A DNA stretch of 64,000 nt from Eledone cirrhosa (GCA_964016885.1 OZ024751.1:4092001-4156000); one strand, 5' to 3'; counted from the stretch's first letter, positions 1 to 12,790 are shown. Notes: a model not told the origin generated them from the sequence alone. A program made the numbers and translations.

Positions 1-160
1 AGAGGGTTGGACGCCATGCTTTCTAGCATAGTTACATCCCTTTACAGTCTGAGTTCAAATCCCGCCGAGGTTAACTTTGCCTTTCATCCTTACGGGGTCG
101 ATAAAATAAAGTACCAGTAATGTACTGGGTAATTTGCTGGCCTTGTGCCTAGAGTAGAAA
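1..160 (+). mobile_element. tRNA-derived SINE, family A (cut by the window edge)
   Basis: B-box GAGTTCAAATCC followed by the core GCCTTTCATCCTTACGGGGTCGATAAAATAAAGTACCAG. Near-identical to the TSD-flanked copies at 19584 and 49643. Confidence 0.85.
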
Positions 161-240
161 CAATTATTCTGCTTTTATTGATTTTGCTATTTCCCAATTT
201 TATACATACGCACATGTACACACACACATGTACACACACA

Positions 241-878
241 CATCATCATCATCATCGTTTAACATCCATCTTCCACGTTAGCACGGGTTAGACGGTTTTG
301 TTCTATTTGATGCGGGAATGTTCAGGAGTCTGTGTCTTGCTCGTACAGAAGTCTCTGGCAGGTTTTTTGCAGCTGGATATCCTTCCTAACACCAGCCTTT
401 TTACCGTGTCTCCTACGCGGCCACCTTACACTGTGGGCTGGTTGTTTTTTGTTGTGTCACTGACACAGTGGATGGAAATTGGATGGTGGGGTAAGGTGTG
501 TGGGGTGGGCTGGAGTGTATATTGGGTTAAGAGGTGCCTACTGACTGTAAGTTTATATGCAAGGGAAGGCGGGTCTTCTGTATAACTGCATGGTGCCAAA
601 GATCTCCATCCAGTGACATTGTCTTAGAAGTGTAAGTGGACAAGGTCAATTTTTATTACCTCATCTCAGGTTTTTCTTGGTCTACCCACTCCATAGCTTC
701 CATCTATTTTCATTGCTCTGCACTTTTTTTATACAGCTGTCATCCTTCATACACATCACATGGCCATACCAACCCAATCTCCTCTCCAGAACACAACATT
801 TGATACTTCTTATGTTTAGTCTCTCTCTCAATTTGTTTATGCTTCGCACATTACTATTACAATGGATCATTGGAGCAT
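241..878 (-). mobile_element. RTE-clade LINE, 3' fragment
   Basis: ORF 682-870 contains RRLGWYGHVMCMKDDSCIKK. It carries the shared 3' UTR and the (GAT)n tail, seen as (CAT)n at 241. Confidence 0.85.
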
Positions 879-879
879 G

Positions 880-2045
880 TTTAGTGAAATTTTGATGAAA
901 TATTTTGGAAATTTTTGAAAAATTCGGTGGAAACTTTAGGAAAACTTTTTATGAAATAATTGGGAAAATATTTCATATAATTTTTAATAAAATTATAGAA
1001 AATTTTTAAAAAGTTTTAGAAAAGCTTGTAAAAATCTTTTTATGAAATTTGTTTTAGAAAAATTTCGAAAAATATAATTTTTTGATATAATTTTTGAAGA
1101 TAAATTTTTAAAATAGTTTTAATGAGGATTTTTTCAAAAAATTTGAGGAAACCTTTTAAATATTAAAAAACATTTTAAAGAAAATATTTTAAAATTTTTG
1201 GTGATATATGGAAGGAAAATATCAATGAAATGTTTGGGAAAATATATTTAAAAAAATCTTAAATTCTACAAATTTTGAGAGAATATTTGTTGAAATAACA
1301 ATATCAAGAATATCATTTTGTGGGGAATTTGAGAAAAATTTTTTTTAAATGTGGGCAGAAATTTTTGCGAAAAAAATTTTGATGATATTTTGAAGAAAAT
1401 ATTGAGGACAATATTTGAGATGTTTTTTAGGACAGTTTTTGTGCAATTTTGGAGAATTAAACACCTTCAAAGTAAATGAGCTTTAAAATCTAACCATCTG
1501 TTTGCTCTGTTAAACTAAAACACATTTTTTTAAATAGAAACAACTTAAAATTTCTTTCGGTGATTGTGGTGGAGGTGATGATAAAGGAGTTAATAGAGAT
1601 GTTTTGGTGATGGTGGTGGCGGCTGCTGTGAGGGAAGAGGGAAGGGGAACAAAAAGATTATTCACATTATGCAAAAGTAAAAATCTCTTTGATCCATGAA
1701 ATCTGTAAACATTTTTTAAAAAATATTCATCAAAATTTCTCAAAAATATTTTTTTAAATTTTTCAAGCTTTTTATAAAAAATTTCATCAAAAATTTTCCC
1801 AAAACTTTTCTTCAAAATTTTTCTAACATTCAAAAAATTGCCTAAATTTTATTTTCAAATTTTTTTTCAAAATTTATCAAAAGTTTGGGGAACATTTTGG
1901 AGAGAATTGTTCGTGAAATTTTTTGAAAGCATTTTGATGAAATTAAAAAAAAAAATTGAGGAAAATGTTAAAGAAATTTTGAGGAAAATTTATGTGAAAA
2001 TTTTTAGGGAAATTTTAAAGAAAATTAAAATACATTTTTGAAAGA
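880..2045. repeat. Degenerate A/T-run low-complexity sequence
   Basis: Recurrent AAATTTT/GAAAAT words. The K/F/I-rich ORFs here are compositional artefacts. Confidence 0.7.
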
Positions 2046-2195
2046 TTTTAACCAATTATTTATGTTCCAAACACCAGATGAATAACTATATTACTAAATC
2101 CCTCTAAATTCTTTATTATTTTCAAAATTACTTGAAAATTATAAGCAGTGATACTTCCTCTTCTTCATCATCATCGTCATCGACATTGCTGTCAC

Positions 2196-2287
2196 CTTCT
2201 TCTTCTTCTTCTTCTTCTTCTTCTTCTTCTTCTTCTTCTTCTTCTTCTTCTTCTTCTTCTTCTTCTTCTTCTTCTTCTTCTTCTTCA
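2196..2287. repeat. (TTC)n microsatellite
   Basis: Perfect trinucleotide run that produces the poly-K ORF. Confidence 0.97.
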
Positions 2288-2562
2288 TCTCTGAATGTGT
2301 AATGTTTGTATGCATAAATGACATCACAAGTGAACTGAGAGAAAAGTTGAGTATAAGAGGAATTGGATGTAGCCTACCTGTAATATAGAAAATACAGAAA
2401 ATACAGAAAATATGACAGATGCACAAGGGGAAGGGAGCACAAAGAACACATGTGAAATAGATTGCCTCAGCTGCCAAGGGAGCTCTGTAGAAGTTGTCAA
2501 CAGCTTTTGCTAACTGGGTGATCAAATTAGTAGTGGGGAAGGATGCGCTGAAAGTGTGACAG

Positions 2563-3505
2563 CTTAGATAAGAACAGGCTGGAAGAAGTTTGGAAATCTA
2601 TTACTGTTGCTAACAACAAAATACTTTTCTCTCAGAGTGACAAGTAGACTGTATGATGTCTGTGCATTAACTGCAATGCTATAGGACAGTGAAACATTGG
2701 ATTTAACTGCAGAAGATCTGTGGAGGCTAGAAAGAAATGAGTCGAGTATGCTCTGATAGATGTGCAATGTTAGTGTACATAATTGACAAAGCAAAAGCAA
2801 ACAGAGGGGAAAATTTGGCATAAGAGGAATTAGGTGTGGTGTGCAAGACTGAAGTCTGTGTTGGTATGGACATGTGATGCACATGGAAGATAGCAGCTGC
2901 ATAAAGAAATGCAGAGAAACCCCAATGGCTGGTACCAGTGGAAAAGACTGACCCAGGAAGACATGGGATGAGGTTGTGAAAACCGAACTTAAAAAACTAA
3001 AACCCATAATAGAAATGACGAGGGCTAACACTACACAGTGCTGAAGAAGACCCAACCTGCAGTATACAATGTGACCTGATCTACCCCTATGTGCCCCATT
3101 CCACTAGCACTCCCTAACAGCTATTCTCAATATCACTACTTTAACCCCACACCTAGCAGCTGCTTTACTGTAAAGTGGAGGGCTCACCAAACAAAGGGTT
3201 GAGAGGACCCTTCAGTCATGTTAAGGACATGATGCCTCCTCAGTGTTTGGAGACCTACATGATAAATGCACCAAATACATGCTGTAAAGTGTATCCAGCC
3301 TTAGAAATCTTGCCAAACAAAGGACTGGGAGAATCCTCAGTTGTGTCAAAGACATGACAATCTCTCATGTGCACTCAATAGAACGTGAGATCATACATAA
3401 GCGAAATACAGATCCCTGACCTGTCTAGGAGATTAATGGCACCACTTCAGTACTAACTTAATCTATGTAGACCTGTCCAACCCTTGCTAGCAGGGAAAGC
3501 TGATG
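2563..3505 (+). mobile_element. Degenerate RTE LINE 3' fragment
   Basis: Reads RIRTGWKKF...WYGHVMHMEDSSCIKKC...PRKTWDEVVK with stops. An RTE-type terminus CTGTCCAACCCTTGCTAGC lies near 3480. Confidence 0.75.
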
Positions 3506-4239
3506 TTAGTCGATCGACTTTCGTCAAATCGGACTGAGAAAACAATGTTTCCGTTGGTCTTTCCAATTGCTAAAAATTGTTTCTACATTTGGCACAAGGC
3601 CAACAATTATCCCATTGTATTACTTGTGCTTTATTTTATCGACCACGTAAGGATGAAAGGCAAAGTTAACCTCAGTGGGATTTGAATTCAGACCATAAAG
3701 GGCCATAACTCTTTGCTGCAAAGCATGGCATCAGACCTTCTACCAATACTGCCAATCGATGCTAATATCTATTGGTTGCAACTCCAGGTAGAAGGAATAA
3801 CGTGAAATAAAATGTCTTGCTCAAGGACATAACGCATCAACCGGTCCAGGAATCGAACTGACAACCCCACGATTGTGAATCCAGTTCTCTAACCAATCAG
3901 CTAGCAGATGTTAATATAACAATAATTATGATAAATATGCTACATATTTGTTTTAACTTACAAATATAATCAAGAATTATGAGGAGTTTATTTAAATAAC
4001 TAACTTTCAACCTCATAATAATTTCTAATTTAGGCACAAGGCCAGCAATTTATTAGAGGTGGGGAAGTCGATTATATGATACTTGAACGTAACTGGTATT
4101 TTATTTTAACGACCTCAGAAGGATGAAAGGCAAAGCTGAATGTGGCAGAATTTGAACTCAGAGTGTAATACCACAATGGCATTTTAATTGCTGCTCTACT
4201 AATGCTGCCAATCCACCACCTTCCACTTCCATTTTAATA

Positions 4240-4572
4240 TGGTATGGACCTGTAACTCCTGAGGATTTGTAAGGGTGCCATATTGACATACAGCATTTGT
4301 AGGGAATTTTTTAAAACCTGGTGGAGCCCATCTCCTCTCCAGACCTGAATACAGCAGATGACTTCCAGAGGAGGATAGAGAGTGAGAGAAAGGAAGTGAG
4401 AAAGAGATATAGAGGAAGAATTGACCCCAGTACTTGACTGCTACTTCTTTTATTGACCATTGAAAAGCTAAGTTGACATCATAGGGATTTGAACTCAGAG
4501 AGCAGTGAGTCAAAGTGAATTCTACAAAGCATTCTATCTGACGTTCTAATGACTCTGCCAATCCACCACCTT
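4240..4572 (-). mobile_element. SINE with family-A head/core and an alternative 3' tail (family A2)
   Basis: GGTGGATTGGCAG head plus B-box, a CT-rich linker, and a tail ending GGAGTTACAGGTCCATAC. The same composite occurs at 6675, 37660 and 62220. Confidence 0.7.
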
Positions 4573-4812
4573 TAACTTTCATCTTAATAACAAAAGACAA
4601 ATATTTATCTTCTGAAATCTAATATCTTTCTTGTAATAATGAGATTTGAATCTGAATCTGACAACTTTAATGGTGGAAGCTTTGAGCAATTTTGTGTTTA
4701 AAGGATTAATGACGTCTCTTGTATGACAATGAAGAAAAAAGTCGTTAACTTTGTAAATCAATGGAATTAATTATCTTTTGATAATTGTGAATATTCTGTC
4801 CACTTGTGTTAA

Positions 4813-5778
4813 CCCTTTCATTACCATATTTCTAGTGAAATCTATTATCTCTATGTCTTAATCAATGTTTTTAATAATCAGAAATTTGGAGGATTTAATT
4901 ACATAATTAATTTTCTTATTAGTTATCTGTTGTTTAGAGAATAATTTAACAGAGGTTTTTACATAAAATTATGATAGAAGGTTTTTAGATAATATAAACA
5001 TTTGAACTGATTTTTATACCTATTTCTAAGAAAAAAATTGCCTATGATTTTCAAATCATATTTTTTTATAATCAACAATTTGACGAGATTTAGTAATATC
5101 TAACTTTTGTTGATACTAGGAACATAACATAACAAAAGTTCTTACAAAAAATATTAACTTTTTAACTGTTTTTGATAGTTATTTCTAAGAAAAAAAAACA
5201 TTGCCTATGATTTTCAAATCATGTTTTGTTGGTGTTAGGAACATAACATAACAAAGGTTCTTACATAAATTTATGATGGAAGATTTTAGATAAATATAAC
5301 ATTTAACTGTTTTTCTTATCTATCTCTAAGAAAAATATATTGCTTATCATTTTCAAATCACTTTTTTTTAAATAATGGTTTCTGATTCAGGCACAGGGCC
5401 AACAATGTGGGTGGAGAGGGGAAAGTAGATTAAATTGACCTGAGTGCATGACTGGTACTTTATATTATTGACCCCCATAAGGATGAAAGGTAAAGCTAAC
5501 CTCGGCAGGATTTGAACTCAGAATGTAAAGGGACATAACTCTATGCCATGAAGCCTGTTGTCCAACGCTCTTCCAATACTACCAATCCAACAATAATCAA
5601 CAATTTGAATAGATTTAGTAATATGTCTAACTTTTGTTGGTATTAGGAACATAACATAAGAAAGGTTCTTACATAAAATCATGATGTAAGATTTTTTAGA
5701 TAAATACAAACACTTTTAACCAAACAGCTTTGTATCCTAGAACCAGGAGGGGTTACAGGTTGTTTGGTATCAAAAGAG
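4813..5778. mobile_element. TTAA-flanked MITE (long family) with internal duplication and a nested SINE at ~5380-5590
   Basis: TTAA|CCCTTTCATTACC...GGTATCAAAAGAG|TTAA. Similar ends at 25908-26278 and 31212-31448. Confidence 0.65.
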
Positions 5779-5847
5779 TTAAAGGCTATTAGTCATTACT
5801 AACAATCAGAACATGGGTAAGTGAAATGGATTTAGTTCTCTATATTA

Positions 5848-6085
5848 TATTGGGTTGGCCAAAACGCTTGTACGTTTTTTAAGCAAAAATAAGACAAGTT
5901 TTAAACACAAAGTGATTTATTCAATCAATGATGTAATTACAGTTCTATTCCAGTATCTTCTGCCATCATTCCCGACTCAAAGAATTTCCTGTCTTTACTA
6001 AAAAAAAAGCTCTTCCGCGTGAATCATTACATCCTCGTCAGAGTTGATGGTTTGTCCATTCAATGAATTTTGAAGAGATCAAAGC
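5848..6085 (-). mobile_element. mariner transposon 3' fragment
   Basis: Minus strand reads SLQNSLNGQTINSDEDV...KDRKFFESG...WQKILE*NCNYIID*, typical of a mariner transposase C-terminus. It ends in the TIR-like TA|TTGGGTTGGCCAAAA. Confidence 0.8.
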
Positions 6086-6227
6086 AGAGTTGGTGTTACA
6101 TGGTCAACTAATTGTAGATTAGACATGGGCTGTGTGGTTAAGGCATTTGACATATAGCTACAAGTTTGTAGGTCAGGCATGGGTTGTGATGTTAAGGCAT
6201 TTGACATATAACTTATATATGTGTATG

Positions 6228-6268
<41 letters not shown>

Positions 6269-6674
6269 ACACACATATATGTGTGTGTGTGTTTGCATAA
6301 CTGATGTTAGGAAGGGCATCCAGTCATAGAAATCAAACCAAAATACAAATCTGTATGAGCAAGATACCATCTCCTGATCTGACATGTCTCAAAACACGAT
6401 AGCCTGTCTAACCCATGAAACATGGATGTTAAACCATGATGATGATGATATATATATGTACGTATATATATATGTATTAGTGCGTGAAAGTATATATATT
6501 GTTATGATGTAAGAATTCATCAGTGCTTTTCAAAAGAAGTCCTCTATGATATTTGTTCTGCACCGAGTTACACAGACACTCCCTTTCACACTATTTCTCA
6601 GCAAGTACAGTAAAAGCAGTAACTGATCCATCGGAAACTCATAAGCAATGACAACATTGCTAATATTCCCCTAT

Positions 6675-7010
6675 GTATGTATGATCCTGTAACTCCTGAT
6701 AGCCGTTGGTGCGCTGTATTGACATACAGCACTTCTTGAGCATTTTTAAGCCCGGCAGAGCCCATCCCTCTCCAGGCCTGAGTACAGCAGATTTCTTCCA
6801 GAAGATAGAAAGTGAGAGAGAGGAAATGAGAAAGAGATACAGAGGAAGAATCAACCCCAGTACTAGACTAGTACTTTTTTTATCGACCGCGAAAGGAGGA
6901 AAGGCAATGTTGACCTCGGTGGGATTTGAACTCAGAGACAGCAGGGAGCTGGAATGAATAACACAAAGCATTCTATCAGACGTCCTAACAACTCTGCCAA
7001 TTTACTGCCT
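6675..7010 (-). mobile_element. SINE family A2
   Basis: Same head, core and tail as 4240-4572. Confidence 0.7.
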
Positions 7011-7299
7011 ACAATATTTCCCTACAGTGACAGGAAATTAAAATAGATAAATTTGTTAAAATAAATGTTACATATATTTTTATAGGTTTATTTTAGTAAC
7101 AAGTCAATGGCTGGCAATTATTTTCCAGCTTTTTCATTAGCAAATGTTTTGATTATTTTTGTTATTTTCCTCATATTTTTATTTAAGATAAATCTTTTAT
7201 ATGTATGTGTGTATATATGTGTATATATGTGCCTGATTGGTAAGGTTATTAGAATGTGCAATTTATTCTCCACCAGGTGCAGGTGACCCCCGAAAGAGG

Positions 7300-7690
7300 A
7301 TGTCTTCATCCTCGAATCGCCAATCCTCCTACTGGCCATCCGCTCAACCATCAAGTCCAGGCTCCAGCAACTCATGACCCTCACGAGCAGACTAGAGATA
7401 ACTGATGCCCATCCAGCCCTATTCCTGTTGAAGAACTGATTCGCCATGCAGAAGCTCCTCTACACACTTTGTAGCACTCCTTGCTACAGCCATGCATCTC
7501 TTCTCACTGATCTTGGTACTTGTATCTGAGTGGCAGCTGAGGAGATATGCAACATCAGGTTTGACGACTTTGAATGGCAACAGGCCACCTTTCCTGTTAG
7601 AAATTGGTCTCTGGTCTCTGGTCTCGCTGCCTTTGCCGACGCTTCTTTCATCGGTAACCTCTTGCCATGTCCTCATCAACTGGGTTCTCT
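7300..7690 (+). mobile_element. Degenerate CRE-like non-LTR retrotransposon fragment (post-RT region)
   Basis: Frameshifted translation DAHPALFLLKN*FAMQKLLYTL...EWQQATFPVR...LPLPTLLSS resembles the CRE-clade consensus as recalled (WxQATLPVRxGGLG). Confidence 0.6.
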
Positions 7691-7842
7691 AGGATACAAT
7701 GGAACTGTATCTCTGTTTATCACACCATCTATCATCAACTTGTGTCAGAGATATTAACACCAGCAGAACAAATAATTCTTTGCCTCAACTTCTAGCTATT
7801 AAATGTCTTTGTGACATCATCAGTGAGTTTTATATGACCAGT

Positions 7843-7930
7843 AGAGGTCGCAGAGACTGGAGAGGTCACAGAGACTGGAGAGGTCACAGAGACTGGAGAG
7901 GTCACAGAGGTTAGAGAGCTCACAGAGGTC
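7843..7930. repeat. 18-bp minisatellite
   Basis: AGAGGTCACAGAGACTGG repeated about 4-5 times. Confidence 0.9.
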
Positions 7931-9267
7931 AGTAACGAATGTCATTCTATGAGACACATGCATATATACACATGCACACACATACATATACATGCATACA
8001 GACATATACACATACACCCATACACATACATACATGGTGGCTGCCAACTCGTTTTCGAGTACGGCCATTATTTTATATCCATGTAGGAGAACCCCTACCG
8101 ATGCGCTGAACGAGTGTGACTTTTTAGTCCAGCCAGCGACTTGAAAACTCTGGTTTTCACACTACACTTGTGACAATTATTGATACATACAGCTGGGCCC
8201 ATGGTACCATGTGACGACAAGTGCAGAGAGATCTCCAGATATAAAGCAATGCCTGTGCCGTGAAGCTTTTATAGTGAGCAAAGGCACTGCACAAAGCCAG
8301 TCCCACTCTCTTAACCAAGATGATATTTACCAAAAAGAAGAACAAGTCAACATCATTGGATACCATCAGAGTTGCAGGTGTTATATCAGAGTTTTCCTTC
8401 TCCTAGAATTCTGCCTTGACAAAGGCTAAGGGGTCATCTCTCCTGGTGATTTTGGATGGCCATTGACTCTTAAGAGCTCCTTTGCTCTTTGACAGGTTTT
8501 TTTTTTAGTCCTGCAGGATGTCCAAAGTCACCCTCCTCACCAAGAAACCTTGGTCGGGTCGTTGGCGACTAAACATACATACATATACACATACATACAT
8601 TCATATACACATACATACATGCATACATATGCACATACATACACACATACATGCATACATATATGCATACATAGATACATACACACAACACATATATATA
8701 TATATTTACATACTACTCACATTTATCACACATCACATTCAAGGAGGAAAGTTTAAGTAAGTGGTTGCTCTACTTGCAGCCAAATCTCCCTCAGGCCATA
8801 ATCTACTCTCTTAAATGAAGAATAAGGGATAATGAGCCCCTGGTATACAAAAAAGATGGAATGAGCATGACTTCAACATCTCTGATCATAGGTTTGCTTA
8901 GTCCTGACCTGGGGCTAAACAATAATCCCCAATCTCATGGGACATATTTCCTTCCTTGACCTTGAGCTGTGGTTATATGACCTTACATTGAAATTTGACC
9001 TTCAGCTGTGGTTAGATGACCTTACTTCACACCTGAAATTTGACTTTGACCTTGAAGTATACTAGATGGTATTATAGAATATATCATCATCATCATCATT
9101 ACCATATAATAGCCATTTTTCCATGCTAGCCTACAAGAAGCTTAGAGAGGTCACAAACTGAGCTTGCGGTTGGATCTTTATCTTGCTATACCCACTGGAT
9201 AACTTAGCATGCATGGAGTACTATTCTGATTTGTAATCTTTCTGGTCTCCACATACTCCATATATAC

Positions 9268-9436
9268 ATATATTATAAAGTAAAATGACAGGAGGCTGGA
9301 CAGTTTGAATTCCCTTAATTATTTATTTCTGCAAACACTGCACATTTCATTGACCAGGCTGTGTATGCAGTGTTTGCAGAAATAAATAAGGGAATTCAAC
9401 CTGTTCGGCCTCCTATCATTTTACTTTATAATATAT
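9268..9436. repeat. Inverted repeat, ~70-75 bp arms with a 23-nt spacer
   Basis: 9268-9342 is the reverse complement of 9366-9436, with a few mismatches and one small indel. Confidence 0.9.
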
Positions 9437-9604
9437 TTGACTCCGTTCCCGCACCACCAGAATGATTCAACATCAAAGATGGATGAGTTGCATAACGTTG
9501 AGTGCTTCCCTCTTATTACATCATGATTAACATTGCAGAATGACCAATTCTACCCAGTGGTGAACCACCAAATTTAAAGCATCATCAGGTTTCACACTTT
9601 TCTG

Positions 9605-9990
9605 AACCAAAAGGAGAACGGCAAGATGGTGGTGTAGGTTTTGCAGTGCGAGAAACTCTAACACAACATTTAGAGTACCATTCTAGAATCAGTGACCGTA
9701 TAATGAAGTTGTGCATTCCGCTTGCATGTGGGCGATGGGCAACAATTCTGTCAGTTTATGCTGCAACTCTCCAGGCCAGTGAAGAAAGTATTATGACATT
9801 CTATAAATCCATTCATGCTACAATTGCATCTACTCCAGTTGAAGAAAAAGTAACCATTCTTGGTGATTTCAATGCCTGAGTTGGCAGAGACCATGAGACA
9901 TGGGATGCACTAGGCCCTTACAGCATCGGTAAGATAAATACCAATGGTTTGAAGCTGCTTGAGCTCTGTTCAGAACTGAAACTAGCAATT
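9605..9990 (+). mobile_element. RTE/BovB-like APE endonuclease fragment
   Basis: GGVGFAV...ISDRIMKL...ILSVYA...ILGDFNA*VG...NTNGLKLLELC. Confidence 0.8.
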
Positions 9991-10532
9991 TGCATGCTTG
10001 TGTATGTACGTATCTGTTTGCGTGTATGTATTTATTTGTTTCTATTACTTCTGTATTGTATTTATTTACTTTGTTCTTAACTCTGTAGCGGAGATTCATT
10101 TGGTCTCCTAGTTAGAATTTTAGTCTACGATTTCTGCTATACCATTTACGTGGTTTTGTCTTTGCGTGCTATTGTTCTCCACGCTCCACATATGACTTAT
10201 TATCTTCGTTTTTTCGTTCATTGCCAGAGAACGTCTCTATGCACCACCTAAGAGAACATTAGTCTACGACCTCTTTTATACCATAAACGTGGTTTTGTCT
10301 TTGCGCGTAATTGTTTTTCACCGCTCCTATTAATGACGTATTATTCGTTTTTTCCCGTTCTTTGCCAGCGAACGTTACCACGAACCAAAGTATCGTCTTC
10401 CTGTCTTCTTCCGGTTGCAACGTTTTTTGAAATATCCAGTTCTGCGTTTACAGATTGACTTTGTTAGTTTCAGAAGATCCCGTTAAGGGTGAAAGCAGCG
10501 ATTCTTCGCTTAAACTTTAATCTATTATTTTA

Positions 10533-10559
<27 letters not shown>

Positions 10560-10569
<10 letters not shown>

Positions 10570-11339
10570 TAAACGGAATAGAAAATGCTGACAAATTGTT
10601 CACAGTTGAAAAATGGTTTAATTAGGAATAAAAGAGTATTAGTAATTGTATGGGTTAGTATTCAGTTGTGGTTTTAAGTTTTTAAGTTTTTACCGGTTGC
10701 GCATTTCTAAATGCTTTTCAAAAATAATTTTGAGATAGAGTGTCCGTGTTGTTTGCTCTGATCTGATTAGTTTTGGGAATTCTACCTGTTTTTATGTTAA
10801 AAAAGTGGCTCCAGCGCTACTTTGGTGTTGCAAAAATTCTTGTGGTCAAAACAATTTTGATTGGTCGGTAGAGGTCATGTGAATTTAAAAAATTGATTTT
10901 GCGCCAAGACTGTTTTTATGTTAAAAAAGTGGCTCCAGCGCTACTTGGTGTTGCAAAAATTCTTGTGGTCAAAACAATTTTGATTGGTTGGTAGAGGTCA
11001 TGTGAATAAAAAATTGATTTTGCACCAAGACTGAGAAATGACTCTTTCACAACAAATATGTGTGTGTGTGTGATGTAGTAGTAGTAAAGTGTTCGATGTT
11101 GTGATAATGGTTAGCAGGGATGTGTGTCAAATGGCTATTAAGATAAGTGTCTGTGTGTGTGTGTGTGTGTATAGCAGAGTAATTCATGGTAGCAGGATGG
11201 TCAGTAGGAATGTGTCTGTAAGCAGTGGGGGGTATTTTAGCATGTCAAAAGATATTTTTCAGCTTTTGTCTTATACGGAGAAGTGTGTGTGTGTGTGTAT
11301 AAGTCTCTTTGTATGTTAATGTAGGCGTGTGTATGTGTG

Positions 11340-11437
<98 letters not shown>

Positions 11438-11569
11438 AATGTGTGTGTGGGTGTGGACCAGTATTTTTTTCCCCTGGTAAAATGGTGTACATTATTCGAT
11501 ATTTTCAGTAAAATCGGTTCTCTTAATAGAACATCAAAAATCTTAACAATAAAAGGAGTGAAATGATAT

Positions 11570-11609
<40 letters not shown>

Positions 11610-12154
11610 TTTTTTTGTGTTGCACCATAGAGCATGTGTGTTTACGTATGTCATTGTGTTTATATGTGGGTAGAGATGTGTGCTGATGTAGGTATGTATG
11701 TTGACGTGTGTATGTTGTGGGTTCGTCTTAGGGAGAAGTGTTTAGACGGGGTCCCTATTTGTTAATAAAGTAAGATTCCTTGCTGATGCGCTGGGTGTGG
11801 GTGGCATTATCTTTAAATTTGTAGAGGGGAAAGATTCTGAAGTTGGGATGATTTTGGGCAGCACAGGTATCAATGTGTTCACTCAGTGGTATTTTCCTGT
11901 ATTCCCGTATTTTAATTTGGGATCTATGGACAGTCATGCGTTGGCAGAGGCTGTTTTTGGTCTGGCCTATGTATTGTTCTCGACAACCTGAGCAAGTTAA
12001 TACATATATTAGATTTTCCGATGCACATGTGAAATTGTGTTTTACTATAAAACGTTGTCCTTCTTTGAAATAGAATTCCGAACCCTCTATTAAATACCCC
12101 CCACTGCTTACAGACACATTCCTACTGACCATCCCGCTACCATGAATTACTCTG

Positions 12155-12190
<36 letters not shown>

Positions 12191-12261
12191 ATCTTAATAG
12201 CCATTTGACACACATCCCTGCTAACCATTATCACAACATCGAACACTTTACTACTACTACA

Positions 12262-12295
<34 letters not shown>

Positions 12296-12790
12296 TTGTT
12301 GTGAAAGAGTCATTTCTCAGTCTTGGCGCAAAATCAATTTTTTATTCACATGACCTCTACCGACCAATCAAAATTGTTTTGACCACAAGAATTTTTGCAA
12401 CACCAAGTAGCGCTGGAGCCACTTTTTTAAAATAAAAACAGTCTTGGCGCAAAATCAATTTTTTACATTCACATGACCTCTACCGACCAATCAAAATTGT
12501 TTTGACCACAAGAATTTTTGCAACACCAAAGTAGCACTGGAACCACTTTTTTAACATAAAAACAGGTAGAAATCCCAAAACTAATCAGATCAGAGCAAAC
12601 AACACGGACACTCTATCTCAAAATTATTTTTGAAAAGCATTTAGAAATGCGCAACCGGTAAAAACTTAAAAACTTAAAACCACAACTGAATACTAACCCA
12701 TACAATTACTAATACTCTTTTATTCCTAATTAAACCATTTTTCAACTGTGAACAATTTGTCAGCATTTTCTATTCCGTTTACCAATATAT
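10560..12790 (-). mobile_element. Penelope-like element, 5'-truncated, with an inverted terminal duplication
   Basis: GIY-YIG fragment at 11755-12090. 10560-11237 is the reverse complement of 12092-12790 (~680-bp arms, each containing a ~120-bp tandem duplication). Confidence 0.85.
11755..12090 (-). pseudogene. Penelope-type GIY-YIG endonuclease fragment
   Basis: FTCASENLIYVLTCSGCREQYIGQTKNSLCQRMTVHRS...SEH...RISKESYFINK*GPRLN. The track ORF N-terminus is just the inverted arm. Confidence 0.85.

Noticed and set aside
2139-2525. Poly-lysine ORF
   Set aside because: Translation of the (TTC)n microsatellite.
8035-8575. GC-richer island between microsatellites, possibly an exon
   Set aside because: No coherent frame with splice sites. 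It ends like a retroelement tail, and the family was not recognised.
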